Origin: Auanema rhodensis
Lineage: Eukaryota > Animalia > Nematoda
DNA length: 64,000 nt
Assembly: GCA_964057225.1 (NCBI GenBank)
Contig: OZ059898.1
Location: forward strand, 16,430,001-16,494,000
Direction of reading: 5' to 3'
Shown: piece by piece, positions 1 through 14,426 of the stretch
Position numbering within the stretch: position 1 is the first letter of the stretch
How the letters are laid out: each line of letters starts with the position of its first letter
The notes under the pieces: model-generated
Databases searched by the model: none
What the model was told of the DNA's origin: nothing
What the model saw: the letters and a program-made list of their open reading frames with translations, nothing else
Program-made: the position numbers and the translations under genes

Positions 1-431
1 AAATTATCAAAAAAATTAATTTCTGATCTATAAAAAAATTTGAATAAAAACATACAACACATATAAACCTTCAAATATTAAAATGATAAAGAGTATTTGT
101 TTAAATATTGAAATGAAGAGAGGGAAACTAAACGCGATGTTTTCAAATGAAGGTAAATACATATCATGTGAGATGTTAGATTGAAGAGAAGAAAAGGTTT
201 TACTGACAATGCTTGGTATGAGATAGACCAGATGTCACTTGTAATAAGTGATTGCAGTTTAATTGACTTTAAACATCAACGGTAAAGCCGTATTATTCCA
301 AACAACTTGTGCAAAAGACTTTAAGTATATATGAGGGATTAGAAAGATATTCATAAAGAAATAAGAAAATGAACTTAGAAATAAAAGTTCTTTATAGCTT
401 TATCAATTACTAAATATTTTTAGGCGAACAA

Positions 432-956
432 ATGACTATGCACATGACTATCAACCATGGCCACCCTCCACCTGAATCTACAACATCTTCAGATGGTGGA
501 AAAACTAGTGAAACAGAACATATGGATGAATCAAATTGGGCTCAGTCAGAGTTAACAGCTATAAGAAATTCTCTGACCGAAATAAAATCATTTAATTCAT
601 CAGCAAATAAACTCGAACAAGTAAGTTCTTTTTTCAATTTCGATGGCATTCTATTTAGAAATCATTAGAAGTTTTTTTATTTACAAAATTTATAGCTAAT
701 TGTGGCACTTGATGGACGTGTTGGCCGATTAGAAAAGCAAGTGGAAATGGCTCTGAACTCTATATATACTCTCGTTCAACTTCAAACGGGTATGAATAGT
801 AGTGTAACCAGGTAAGCTTAATTACTAAATATTTGTATACTACATAGGAACTTATTTAAATGAAATTTTGTTTTTAGATTCAGGGAAGATGCTTGTGAAC
901 AGTTAAAAAGCATGCGAACACTACTTCAGGAATCTGCCGAAACTGCTAACTCATGA
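432..956 (+). CDS. Small 3-exon protein of unknown function with a predicted coiled-coil C-terminal half
   Basis: TTTTAG acceptor just before ATG 432. Exons 432-620, 696-811 and 878-956 join through GT-AG introns into one open frame (...KLEQ|LIVALDGRVGRLEKQVEMALNSIYTLVQLQ...SAETANS*). Confidence 0.7.
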
Positions 957-1993
957 TATCTTCCAAGCAATTAATCAACCTTTCTTCTTAATCAAAATGC
1001 CTCAAATTCATAATCATTTGCCATTCCTATGAATGAATACATCAGATGGCTTCTGATCCTCTTTCTCCTTATCTCTCCCCCTCTCTCTTTCCTTATTATC
1101 TTTTCTTGTTCAAACTCTTTCCTATCTCTATATTTATCTATCCTATCTATCTCTCCCTGTATCTCTCATATTTTGAACATATTATCTTTTACTCACGTAG
1201 GTGTATACGAAAAAATCTGAAATATATTTACCTATGTGAAATGAAATCAAACTTAAAACAGTTCGCATATTACGGAGTTATAACTATTGTGTTAAATATG
1301 TGACTTAAGAAAACCAAGTTCAATCATTAGAAGTGATTATAGATGACATTCAACCCAATACTTTGTAAATTCGATTTTCATATTCATTGCCTGTCCAATA
1401 AGAAATCATTATTTATTATTAATATTATTATTATTATTGTATACAAACTCGTTGTTTCAAATATTATGTTTCAAGTCTACAAAGAATCTAGTCCACCATG
1501 GACATGTGAAAATTTCATGTCCTTCTATTGTTTTATTATTATTTTTTATTTCTTTCACTGTTCTCATGACATACTAGGCAAATTTACAACATTTAATCTT
1601 GTTTTCGTTTATTTTTTTAACCAAATCTTCTGCACTTTTTCATGAACACGTCACCTATAGGCAACATCTTTGTTCTTGCCATTGTGGTACTAAGTAATCA
1701 AGTCAAGTCAATTTGAAATCTCATGCCTTGCCTATAAAACGTATGATCTCTAGTCAAACTACTCCCTGGTTTAAAATTTATTAACAAGTGTGTGTGAACT
1801 TCTATATTACATATAATAAAACAATTTATTCGTAATTTTATTAACCTGAGACCTAATAATGAGACTAGCATTTCAACACATAATTTAATCGGCAAAATAA
1901 ATACAAAAATCTTCAAAAACCACGATAAAAAACAAAAAAGAATTAAAGCTTATAGCATTGTGTTTATATTATACTGAAATAATTATGCACATT

Positions 1994-3239
1994 TCATTCC
2001 GGACCTAACAATACATCAACAGCTTGTTTCAAGTTATCGGCGATCATAAAGGGTTGTACTGTTTCATGATTTTCCCAAGACGGTCTAAATAGAGAAGCAT
2101 CAGAACAATATTTTCCTATGGCCAAAACAATGAGAGAAGGCTATATGAGAGTTTAACACAAGAAACCTTTGTTAAAATGATAGAAACAATCAATTCAATT
2201 TAACTGTTCAAGGATTACGCAGCAAAAGTTGGAAATAATGTTTCATGAATGCAAAGCAAAATGATGTAAAATATTAAATAATGAAAGTCTTTACCTCCAT
2301 TTTCCCGTTCTTACTTGAATACCACGTATTCCAAAAGACAATGCTCCGCCTACATCCGAAACAATATCATCTCCAATCATTACCACCCAAAATTATTGAA
2401 AAATTGTGTAAAAACTAAACGCAACAAACTTCATCCTTTGTCATTCCCAAACTGTCCAGCCCTGATTGGAAATATTCTGGAGTTGGCTTTCCTATGATGA
2501 TATGTTTGCAGTTAGTTGAAAATTTTATAGCAGCAGCAAAAGCTCCTACATCAATACAGGGGCCATCTATTCGTTGATAAAATCTTCTACAAAAAGCTTG
2601 TACATGTATAAATATAGTATTTATCAATGCATACCCGTTGCCCAAACTTATCAGCAAAGGATCTGTCATAGCCATTAAAGAACGAAAAACTTGGTTCATA
2701 TTATGATATGTAAATTCGTGTTCAGCATCTCCCATAACCACACATGTTGGATTGTTTTTTTCGAAACTGTCGAAATAAGATGATACGCCTTAATTTACAA
2801 TCATAATCAATACATCATATTAAAGCTAATGGTAACCTGGATAAACAAGAGTATGAGGTCTTAAATTGTTATCTCTGACAAATTTCGCCGCAACTGGTGC
2901 TGGGGTTATGACATCTTTTGTTTGTATGCTGAACAATTCAGATGAAAATTTTTAAAACACACAATTATATTACTCAAATCCCAACCGTCCTAGTTTGGCA
3001 ACTACATATTCTGTAGTGTTAGTACTTTCATTGCTTAAAAATCGTACATGCGCTTCTTTGTAAAGCCTGAAATTAATAACGTAAATATTAAGAGATATTT
3101 ATAAAAACCTTTTCACGGCTTCAACAGAGCCGGGGATGACAATGCCATCCGTACCAGCACAACTATTATATAATACTCCAGTAATATCCAGAAGAAATCC
3201 CCGAGCTGGGCGAACAACATGAGCCATCTCGGCCACCAT
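1994..3239 (-). CDS. LHPP: HAD-superfamily class IIA phosphatase, LHPP/HDHD2-like
   Basis: Spliced frame contains FLLDITGVLY (motif I), FLSNES, IGKPTPEYF, MIGDDIVSDVGGA and QVRTGKWR. One intron is non-canonical (see findings). Confidence 0.85.
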
Positions 3240-3951
3240 TACTAATGAATAAAGACCTTAAAAGTTTATAAAATATTCAAAATTAAAACACAATATTAGA
3301 CAATGAAGATCTTATGATGTTAAGTATAGTGTAGCCTGCAAATTTATTAACCAACACATATCGTCGTAAAAGCAAACGACAAAACTTTAACAATATTTTG
3401 AGCATTCAAAAATAATTTAATTTGTATATCGAATGTAAATCGAAATGAGTAAAATATTTCTAAGCAAGCTTCAAAAATCAAACAAATTTTATATTGTCTA
3501 TCGGATAATATGCCAGTATAATAACATTTACATAAGACATTCGCATTTCCCAGTTTCATATATTAATATTTTAACATTCAAATAATATTATTTACTGTTT
3601 CTGTAGAACTGAATTAAAATTTGTTATAAGATCAATAAAAATTAGACTTTTTGAGCTAGCAAATATCTACGGAGCTGAGTTGCCGATAAAAACAACGACA
3701 ACGGCTGCGACGAATGGTTATCGTGCTCTAAAGCTAATAGCCCTTTTGGAATATTACTCAGCGAAAGACCTGTGTTTAAACGTACATTGCGAAATATTGA
3801 CGGCTCGAACATCACTTTTTTTGGATTTTTCACGTTAAAATAATATATATTCATATATTCCATACATTGATCATATACTAAACAGTTTACTCTTTCTAAA
3901 GCCCAGTCAAATCTTTAAAAATTCCACATTTAGGCTTGCAACGGATGTATT

Positions 3952-6900
3952 ATGAATGACTCGATTCATTGTATTCTTTTAAATCATTCTGCCGGGTCGA
4001 ATCCGGAGCAAGAAATTGTTGATAAGTTTGTTGTCATGTGATTTGTGTCATTATGGTGCGGATTTCAGGCTTAAAGAGATTCTAGATGAACGTAACACTA
4101 AGGGTATCCAAATATCGCGTGCTTTACAAGATCTTGGAATAGGTAATGTAAGCGATTGTGTAATTGGTCCTAATCATATAGCAATATTATGCGAGGTTTT
4201 AATCATTTCTCAATTTATAACTTCTGAATTGTATATAGGATGGTGGAGTTAGAAGGATTGGTTTTCAATCAAAAGTTCAACAAGTTCCAACTTCTTCTAA
4301 TACGAACAGTACTGCGACTAATATTAGCCAAAGTACATCTGCTGCTCAAGTTTCAGCAGCAGCTTGTTCTCTTAGAAATGCAGCCAAATTTAGGCGAGTG
4401 ATGCTCTCAGGGTCCGTTCCCAAAGATGCTAACTTCATGATTCTTCTAATTTCAGCTTGCGCAGAGGAGAGCGCACAGGAGTTATTATAGATCGTGGTAG
4501 GCCATTAATTCCAGCATCTTCCGTGCCTGAAGACCTTATTGCACAAGCTCAGGTTTTATAGTAGATATCACTATGTTTTATTAATTAATTGTAGGTTGTT
4601 CTACAAGGAAAATCACGAGAGGTCATTATAAGAGAGCTCCAAAGAACTAATTTGAACGTTAATGAAGCTGTTAACAATTTGTTAAGTAGAGATGATGATG
4701 ATGGTAATTATTCTTCAGAGTTGTGGATTTTTTATTCTTTATTAAGCTGATGGGGAGGAAAGCGCTGGAGAAGTAGTTCTGCCGGAAGAGCTGCTCTCTT
4801 TATTAGATCCATCTAGTCATAATTTGCTTGAAGCTTCTGATCTGTATTCCGAGTTTGACTATGTTCATTTACGAGAAGCTTCACGAAAACAAAGAGGTTT
4901 ATAAGTCTTAGTGATTATTATGTAGAACTTTGTTTTCAGAGAAAGACCGTAAAACGAAGGATGGAGCTACTCTATCGACCCCTACTACTATTAACCGTGA
5001 GGAGCTAAATGCTACTATTCAACCCTGGCGACAAGATGGTGAAGCAACGCCTAAAAATGTTTTAAAGTTGGGATTCATCGCTATGTTTTATTCAATTTTC
5101 CTTTTTAGATTCATTAAAATTGCTGCAACGAAGAAAGAAGTTGTTTGTTTGACATCATGTGGAAAAATTTATTCTTGGGAATGGAGTTCACGATATGGAG
5201 ATGATGCGCCTAATTGCATAGCTTCTAGATTATTGGATGGTTATAAATTCTTTTTTATAAAATTGCCTAAATAAAAAATTTCAGAGAAAGACTTTGTTAC
5301 AGATATAGCTTCTTCTGTTCTTAGAATAGCCGCGGTTACTAAAGATGGTAAAGTGTGCACTTGGTTGACACACACAGCAGTAGGACATCGTGCATGTCGG
5401 GCTACAGAGGTAAATCTTGAACCAGTTAAAAAAAATATTTGTAATTTTTAAGGTTAAAAATGTTCGTATACCCATGCCGGAGGAGGAAGACATTTTAGAA
5501 TTATGTGTTAGTGATTTACTTGTTGTACTTCGAACCACTTCTGGATTTTTCTGGTGGTTAGTAAATATTATTGTTAAATTTTTAAGTATATTTTTCTTAG
5601 TGGTTTGTATCCTTTCAATGACCGACCTAAGATTTGGGAAAAGGAGCGTGCTAAATCCAGAAAGCATGTAACTTTTGACACCACAACATCAGAAATTAAG
5701 GAAGGCTGTGAAGTTCGAACTAAGTCTTGTCCTATTTATGCCGCTGGTAGCGTAGCATTGAATATCAATGGAGATAAAGCATCAGTATGTTGTTTTATTT
5801 TGTATTTACTGTTTGTTTATTTTTAGATTGGAGTTTTGATGGAGTCTGTTTGGACTTTAACGGAAATTTGTCGCTTCCGCGTGTTCGAACCTTCTTATTA
5901 TGATGCTGATATTCCTGATGGGTCTAAAGTAGAAACCACTCCTCCACCTCTTCCGGGGCCAGGTAATAGTTTTAGTTATTCAGAATATACAAATTGTTAA
6001 TAAAGGAGAAAGTCGGAAGCGCAGAGCAAGTTCTGAATTGTTCGCTAATAATCCAGCACCTCGCGAAGAGCCTTGGAGTGTAAGTGATGTAATTTGGATT
6101 CATGAGCAAAGTGCCAACGATTGTGCCATTGTTAAAATAACTGATGGAGCATACTGTGGTATTGAATATAGCCCACCAGCTGGTGAATCCGCCTTTGCTT
6201 CAAATCTTAGTGGTTCTCTCAATTCTAAAGAACAAACTGAAAAATTGGTAAGTATTGATAAGTGTTTTTCTATCTAATTTCTACACTAGCCTGGTAAAAT
6301 TCGTCTATTGCGCAAGGATGATTTATGTATTGTAACACCTAAGATGAAAAGTGCTCATAGTCCCCGAAACATGCAAAAAGAACCTCTTAGATTTTCAATT
6401 TCAAGTACTACTAACCGCCGAGTTATATCAGCTGTTGCTGACACTACGGGTATGTAAAAATCATTGAACTATTTGTTCCGATAAATTGATAATCATTTTA
6501 TTTGGTTATTATTAGGAGTTCGATGCTTAGTTGAGAAGCGAGGAAAATTGTATATTACCAGAGTATCTATAACAGGAAAGATTTTATCAGAACATTTTTT
6601 ACCTATTCATCTCCAATCACTCTACGGAGTAGATGGAAAATCACCGAAACTTTTCAATTATGGAGTTGTAAGATATAGATTTAAAAAAACTTACTAAATA
6701 TATTTTGTTACAGGACTTCCTTCTATTTCTAAGAGATGGAAACGGATCCATTGTACCTCTCGTGAGAGACGCTGCAAGGGGTTTCAAAGAGCCAGCTATA
6801 TTGAATACACCTCCTATCAAAATGTCATCATTGAATGTAAATCTAACCGATATGACTGTGGGAGTTGGTATTTCGAAGGTAGACACCAATGTTTCAAACA

Positions 6901-9900
6901 TCTTCATAGTTTTCATTTAGTCATGGTCTAAAAGAGTTTCATTAGTAATGTTTTCTGGTCCTACAAATGAAGCAGTTGCTGAAAATATTCCGTCTTTAAT
7001 GCAGACTATTCTGTACTGTGATGCCAATGGTCTTCAGAGACTTTTGAACAAAATAGCGGAAATTAACAGTAGCATTTTCCCATATTCTGCTTATACTACT
7101 ATATTTTTAGATCCTGATTTAATCATGTCGGAGATTGTTAATAGTCGTTGCGATGGAGGTTCGAATGTTCTACATGCAGCTTTGAGGTTGACTATTGCCA
7201 AAAAAAACAAAGATGATGTCGATGGCGGAACTGTTCATGGAATTCGATTACGAGATGACGGTTAGCTCCGTATTTACGATGTATTGATATATATTGATTT
7301 AAGAAACTAGAATGGCTCGGGAAGAAGCGAAAGACTTGGATCAAAAGTGGCAGCGTCTTATCAGACAAAATCGAGTTGAGGCTGCTCAAAGAGAAAATGA
7401 GTCTGTTATTCAAGCTGTTTTAAACGAAGGTAGTTACACATACGAGACCATCTCTTATCCGAAATTTACAGGAAGTGCGGAGGCTGCCGAAGTCCCTGGA
7501 GATGTAGTAATGACTGAACCAGGTTTCATTTTTTTCACATTATTTGGTACTCACTCTAAACATTAAGCCCCGTCCCACGACTTTGGAACTGCTCTCAATG
7601 GAACTAAAGAGCGACAGAAAGGTGCTCTGGATGTTGTAAAAGTTCTTCTTGAGCATTCTGTTATCAAACCTATTTTACATCAACTATTGACTCATCGTGA
7701 TTACCACGGTTTAACTCCTTTCCAAGCTGCTCTTAACTCTCGAGCTTTCGGTGCTGCTGCGATTATCTGGACTGTGATAGATGGGGTATTCATATAACGC
7801 AGTTTTTATCATTATACGTTGTGGGTTATTGTAGCTTGAAAAGGATGAAGCTTTACTAACCAAGATGATAAATCCTCCAGGAAGCAGACCAGACGATTCT
7901 CCTTTGTTCTTATTGTGTTACAATGACACATGCTCATTTTCATGGACAGGTGAAGAACATATCAATCAGGTAGTTTCTCATTTTATCTGTTAATCTTCTT
8001 TTCTTTATTTAAGGATATTTTTGAGTGCAGAACTTGCGGTTTAACCGGATCTCTATGCTGTTGTACTGAATGTGCTTTTACATGCCATAGGAATCATGAC
8101 TGTAAATTGAAAAAAACATCACCTACGGCATACTGTGATTGTTGGGAGAAATGTGCTTGTAAAGCTTTGGTTGCGGGAAATCAGGAGAAAAGAGAATTTC
8201 TTCTTCGTGAACTTTTGAAAAAAACACGACTGCATGAGTCTACTAATAATCGAGGAGAGCATGTGCTACTTTTCTTAGCTAGGACTTACGGTCGGCAACA
8301 GAACGAACAGTCTCATTTCACCCGAAGGAAGCCTCATCCTGTTTCTCAAGGTAGACTTTATTTTCGTCAATACATAGTATTTTCGTTTTGAAGGCGATAA
8401 CAGTGCTACTCCTGAGCACGATCTTGATCCTCCCCGCTTTGCAAGGTTTGCTTTGGATGTATGCCTTAATGAATGGAACGTGGTTAAAAGCTTGGTGAAT
8501 ATTGGAATTAGAAATATGCCCAGGTAAAATTTCAATTTCTATATCTTATTTTCTTTTTTAAAGTGATAATGTTCTGGAAGATGCTATAAGTCTCAATTCT
8601 CAACACGGTTCAACACATCTAGACAAATTTGTATTTGTTCTTTTTTCCCGTTGTTCTGAACAAGTAAATGACTTTCTTAGTGTGCTAGCAATATAGATAA
8701 TTCTAGGCTGGAGTGCAACTTATTGATTCCATGATCATGGCATCGAATGTCAGTGATAAGTCGCGTGAACCAGGTGTTGATCAGGTAAGAATACTCTTTG
8801 TATTCTCTTAATCATAATTTTGTTTAGGTCATTTCTCGTTTTGCTAGAAGTCTTATCCGCCTGTTCACTCTATGTGTTCTTATATCACCTACTGCTGCTT
8901 CAGTTGCAGTTCGCGGATTACTTGATCCAGGTATTACTTAAGCATTATGTTACTTGTACCTATATGAGTTCAGCTCCTCTCCAAACTGAAAAGCGCACAA
9001 ATGCAAACGTTCAATCTTTAAGTCTTAGCGGATTCTTTTCTTTAGTTCGAAATGATTTGAAAGCTCAAGAACCTAAGGGTCAAGCGTATGTTCCACCATC
9101 ACCCATCTTTTTCTTAAATGCTTGTATTTTTAGTGTCACTACTTTCATTTTCCGAATTAGGTCTGCTTTAATTCGCTTGGGTCCTTACTCTATTACTGAA
9201 GCTGCTTACTCTGCCGATGCTATTCTCACCCCAGCTAGGTTAGGTATCCTAAAGCCGTCAACCTTAGCTGGACTTTCTTCGAATCAAGACTGTATGGAAG
9301 TAATTGAAAAGTTTCTTAACAGCGAGAGTGATTTAACTTCTCATCTTTCTCGTCCTGACGATAGCAGAGATAGACCTTCGAAAAAGAAAAAGGTAATTTA
9401 AATCTTTTTTAGTTGCAAAATAGTTTTCATAGAATAATAAAAAGGAGAACGATAAGTCTAATAGTACGGGTGAAAATAGAAAGGACGATAGTGAAGGTGA
9501 CAGTGATAGCGATGAAGATGGACAGTCTTCTCGACGTCACAATAGTCAAAGTGGAATGGAAGAATCTGTAATTGATGTTTCTGTTGGTACATCTGGTTTG
9601 TTTTTCTTAATAAATTGCCAGAATATTTTTTTTTGTAGAGCCTAGCGCTCCAAGACGTAAAATTGGAATAGCCGAAGTGTTAAATGAAGTAGAGACTGAT
9701 GAAACTTCTTCAGACTCAGAGTCTGATGAAGATGAGGTGATTCAGAGGCAAATACTTTTTGTCATTGATTTGTTATTTTAGGTTGGTCATGTCCTGATAG
9801 ATATAGACGACAATATTGATGATGAAGAAACTGATGAAGCTGGAGGTTTTTTTTGGATTTATTTCATCAATAATGTATTTATTTTATAGAACAAGCCTAT

Positions 9901-12900
9901 GAACCTTCTTCTCCAAGAAACGAGCAAGATGCAAATGCAACATTTTCCATCAGGGAAGAAGGCGATGGTAAATTTATTTTACTCAATAGAAGAATGTTCC
10001 TTTATTTTAGTATTTATGAACGACCCCGAAAACGAAGAAGAGAATACTGGTGATGGCGAAGATGCAAATCGAACAATTGATAGCAGTAATGCTGAGAACG
10101 CTCCAAACGTTCCAGAACCTCCAGAGTCAGCTGAGGAACAACAAGAAGAGGTTCATTTTCTTTGTTTCTTTAACAAACAATTTCAATTTTAAGCAAGAAA
10201 ATACGCGTGATGCAGTGCTATCCGAGGCCTCATCTGTGGACCAACCGGATGCCAGAGAAGATTGTAAATTGTCCAATACATTAATAGTACAAATATTTTT
10301 TCCAGCAACTGCACGCTCAAGAAGATATAGGATGAGTGCTGGTGGTCGGAATTCAATTTTCAGAAGACACAATCAGGTGACAAATAATACTACAGGTAAG
10401 CAGTGTAGTTTGTGATATATAATTGGTTTGTGCTGCAGCTTCTGGCTTAGAGTGGACTCGACGTACATTCCCTAACGATGAAGAGTTTGATACATCTATT
10501 CGTTCTAGAGTAATATTCAAAATTATTTTCAAATCTATTCAATTCATTGTAGATTTCTAAATCAACAGATCGAATAAAGAAGAAAAACGGAGATCCTCTT
10601 CCCAGTTCTATCCAGACTGGAGTTGAACTCGCAACTAGCTTTTCCTTTTTAGTTAGATTAATAGATGATCTGATTATTTCTATGTGTGACCCTGCTTTGG
10701 AGAGAAGTAACATTAATTTGAATTTGCGTAAAGAATATCTCAAAGATATCATGGTTGTATAAACTAAATTATTATTTTAAAGATACATATGTTCTTAGGA
10801 TGTTGTCATAAGGAAATTAGAGCCTTCATGGTCTTGGCTTTCGGTTGCGATGGACAGAATGGAATCTCAATTACTGTTTGGAAATGCTATCATTCAAAAC
10901 ACATCTGGTGAAATTAAGCCGAAACAAAATAAAAAGAAAGACCCAGCTAAGAAAGAAAAAGGTATATCATTCTGGGTGTAATATTAAATACACTTATACG
11001 CTCAGTATCAGAGGATCCCAGTACTGCTGCTTTGAGAAGGGAGTCATTGTCGTATATTATCGGTACCATGCGAGCTCAGTCTAGGGAAGCAGGAGATGAT
11101 TTCCCATGCATTGAAACAGAAGTATATTCTAAATAAGCAACAAAGTGTTATCAATTTCTTTAGAATGTGCGTATGCTAGTTTTTGTATTTGATGCATATC
11201 TGATGTACCATGATACTTTGGAGAAGATTAAGAATATGTCTCAGAGAAATCTGCAACCATCCGAAGAAGATCCTGCTACTAGTGCACTTACTGTTCAACG
11301 ATTTTTCAAGGTTTCTTTAGTTTCATCTTCTTCCTTATGTTTTAATTATTCAGAGATCTGATTCTTTATGTTTCCCAGGTGCTTTAAGCTCTGGTGCTTG
11401 GGATACATTAGACAATAAAACCACTCATATTCCTCTGGCTGAAAAGCCTTATTTACTGATCCCCGAAGCTGAGAGAGATGCGTTGTTCGCACCACATCGT
11501 GAGCCTTTCAATTTTACCCAGTATAAACAAGTAAGTTATCTTCAAATATGCTGGAATTTATATTTTCCTCTCTTTTAGAATTTTTTGGCACTTGGAACCG
11601 CTAATATTTTGAGCATGAGCTTATCAGATCCACATCCTGATTGGGACATGTTTAATCAAGCAGATATGGACATTAGCTCCGAGGATTTAAAACAAACATT
11701 TGATATGCAAAGCTACCATAATTTAAAGTATTCGCTAAGAGGAGCCATGTCAACTCCGTTAAATAAGTCGTTGTCTCGCTGGAAAAATGTTGTTCAGTAT
11801 ATGGCTAAGGTATGAATTAGCCAAAAATATTGTCTCATTAATTTTTCTAGGAATGCTATCAGACCTTACTTGATACTTACGGTGGTGATCCAGGAGATAG
11901 TCCAATTCTTTTACATATTGCTAGTTTCTCTGTGAAACAAAAGATGTTCCGCTCTGCTCTAGAACGGGTGAAATGTACTCAAACGAAGGATATTGTTTTA
12001 GATGTGATTTTTTTTGTCGAAATTGTATCACATCAACGTTCTTTCAGGTTCATCGAGATCCTCAGCAACTTATTCGTGGTACTGTTTTCCAATTAAACAA
12101 AGCATATGTCCGTCGATTGAATGTACCGAAAACAAAGGATAGTCCACAAACTGTGATGGGATTCGCTAGGGTTTATATCAAATTATTTTATCCTACATAA
12201 GAAAATTGATTCAGGTAAAAGTTCGATTTCATGATGAACCAGGCGAAGGATCTGGAGTTGCTCGTAGTTATTATACCGCATTAGCTGAAGCTCTTCAAAA
12301 CTTGAAAGTATTTCCATTTGATGACTACGGCTGGGAGGGTGAAGATTTTATTTTCGGAGGCTCAGATTGCAGTGCTAGTCAACAAAGTAATAGCAGCCTA
12401 TGTAAGAATTAAGCTTTCCTCTTTTACAATACTTGATATTTTTAGCAAATCGAGAGCGTGTTCCTATGAACCGATTAGCCTTAATGAGAGAACGTAGTGC
12501 CAATACTATTCTTAGTCGAAGGAAGGGAGCCAAGTAGTAATTTCTGGTTGTTCTTAATTTTTGAATTAATTTAGACGTTATCCCTTAAATGTCAACTCTG
12601 CTCCATATATCGTAGAGGATATTGCTGCTGCTGAATCCCGTGTTGCTTCTGTTGTTATACGTAATGAAAGTAGAAATAATGAAGAAGCTGCTCGGGATCG
12701 CCCTGCTCTGGCTGAAGCTATTTTTTGCCGGTATAAGTTTATTAATTTTTTTTAAATAGTATGTTTTCACAGAGTGAGAAGCATGAAGCCTGTTGCCGCT
12801 GCTAGAATTACTGGTATGATTGTGGATATACCTACTGCGGGTATTTTCCATCTTGTTAATAATTTTGATATTTTGCGGTAATTTCTTTACGGAATTCTCC

Positions 12901-14189
12901 TTTTAAACTGTTTTTTATAGCCATTACGTGGATGATGCTGTTAATCTCATGCTTCAAACAGGTTTGCCTAGTGATCTCGCTCTTTTAAACGCCACGGATG
13001 AAAAAATCGGTAATTAAATCTGTACACTTCGTTTATTCGGTAATACATTGTAGATCCTCAACCCGTGGAACATCCTGACACTGACGATTTCCCTCTCTTT
13101 GCAAAATCATGTCGTGGAGGAAATTTTGTTGTACCTTTGGCTGGCAATCTTTCTCCAATGAGATTAAATACTTTCCGTAACGTTGGAAGAATTATTGGAT
13201 TGTGCTTGGCTCAAGGGGAGCTATTTCCACTGAAGTTATGCCGTCATGTCTTCAAGTATATACTGGAACGACCAATCGGATGGCTAGATGTACAATTCTA
13301 CGATCTCCAAGTACATTCTAAAACATATTTTGTTTTTTTATTAAAATTTTAGCTGTTCAATGGTTTGCGTCACATCATTTCTTCGAATGATGAAGATTTC
13401 GAAACTTTGGCTTTACGTTTCTTGGATGATCTTTCCGAACCTGGTTCATATGAGGTATCATTTTTTTGGATACCATTCCTCAGAATTCAAATTCTTGTAG
13501 AACTCAGCATTAAAACCTAATGGTGAAAACATTCCGGTGACTAAAGAAAATGTGATAGAATACGTCTATAGACTGGTTCATGCAAAACTTCTAGGACCAC
13601 GAAATACCAAATGTCTTCAGGTAACTTTGAACTATAATGAATATTATATATTGAGTGTATTTAGGCTATAAAACAAGGAGTTCATGATGTTTTACCGGCG
13701 GAAACACTTAAGTTAATGAATGCTGAAGATCTACGTCTTGTTCTTTGTGGAACAGAAACAGTATGTTTGATGTAAGTCCTATCATAAATTCTGTGTTGTC
13801 TTTCAGATATGTATGACTACATTGCAATCTCGTACGTCTTTCTCAGATGAGTCTCATTCGTCAGTAGACACTATTGATAAATTCAAAGAATGGTTCTGGT
13901 CAGTGTTCGAATCATTATCCAACCAGGAAAAACAGGTAAGCTAATTTTTATGCTGGCTCTTTCATTTATACCTCTTCAGGATTTGCTATTTTTCTGGACT
14001 GGAGCTCCTTCTTTACCCCCTTCGTCTTATCCATATCCAACAGTAATGGTTCGTCCACCCGATGATATTTATCTGCCCACTGCTAACACATGTATATCTC
14101 GTCTTTATGTGCCTTTGTACTCAACTAAGAAAATTCTCAAGAATAAGCTACTTCTAGCTATCAAAGCCAAAAACTTCGGATTTGTCTAA
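3952..14189 (+). CDS. ubr-5: E3 ubiquitin ligase UBR5/EDD/hyd (UBA, UBR-box, MLLE/PABC and HECT domains), about 55 short introns
   Basis: [33 protein letters not shown] (UBA); [43 protein letters not shown] (UBR box); [10 protein letters not shown] (MLLE); [11 protein letters not shown] and the C-terminal [17 protein letters not shown]...KNFGFV (HECT). Every intron I traced was GT-AG. Confidence 0.95.
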
Positions 14190-14426
14190 ATGTCTAGGCT
14201 TTTCCAATTGCTTTAATAGATAAACACGATTATCGTTTTCCGTTTCGTAATTTGTTTTCTACTACTAAGTAGTTTTTGTTATGTACCATCAAATTAAAAC
14301 TTTTCTACAATATGGTCTGTGCTTTCATGTTTTATTTTTTTAAACTTTTGTTAAACACATAAGAAACTTTAAAAATCACTTTATAATCTTTACAAAATTA
14401 GAAGGGAAAGATTATTAATATGCTTA

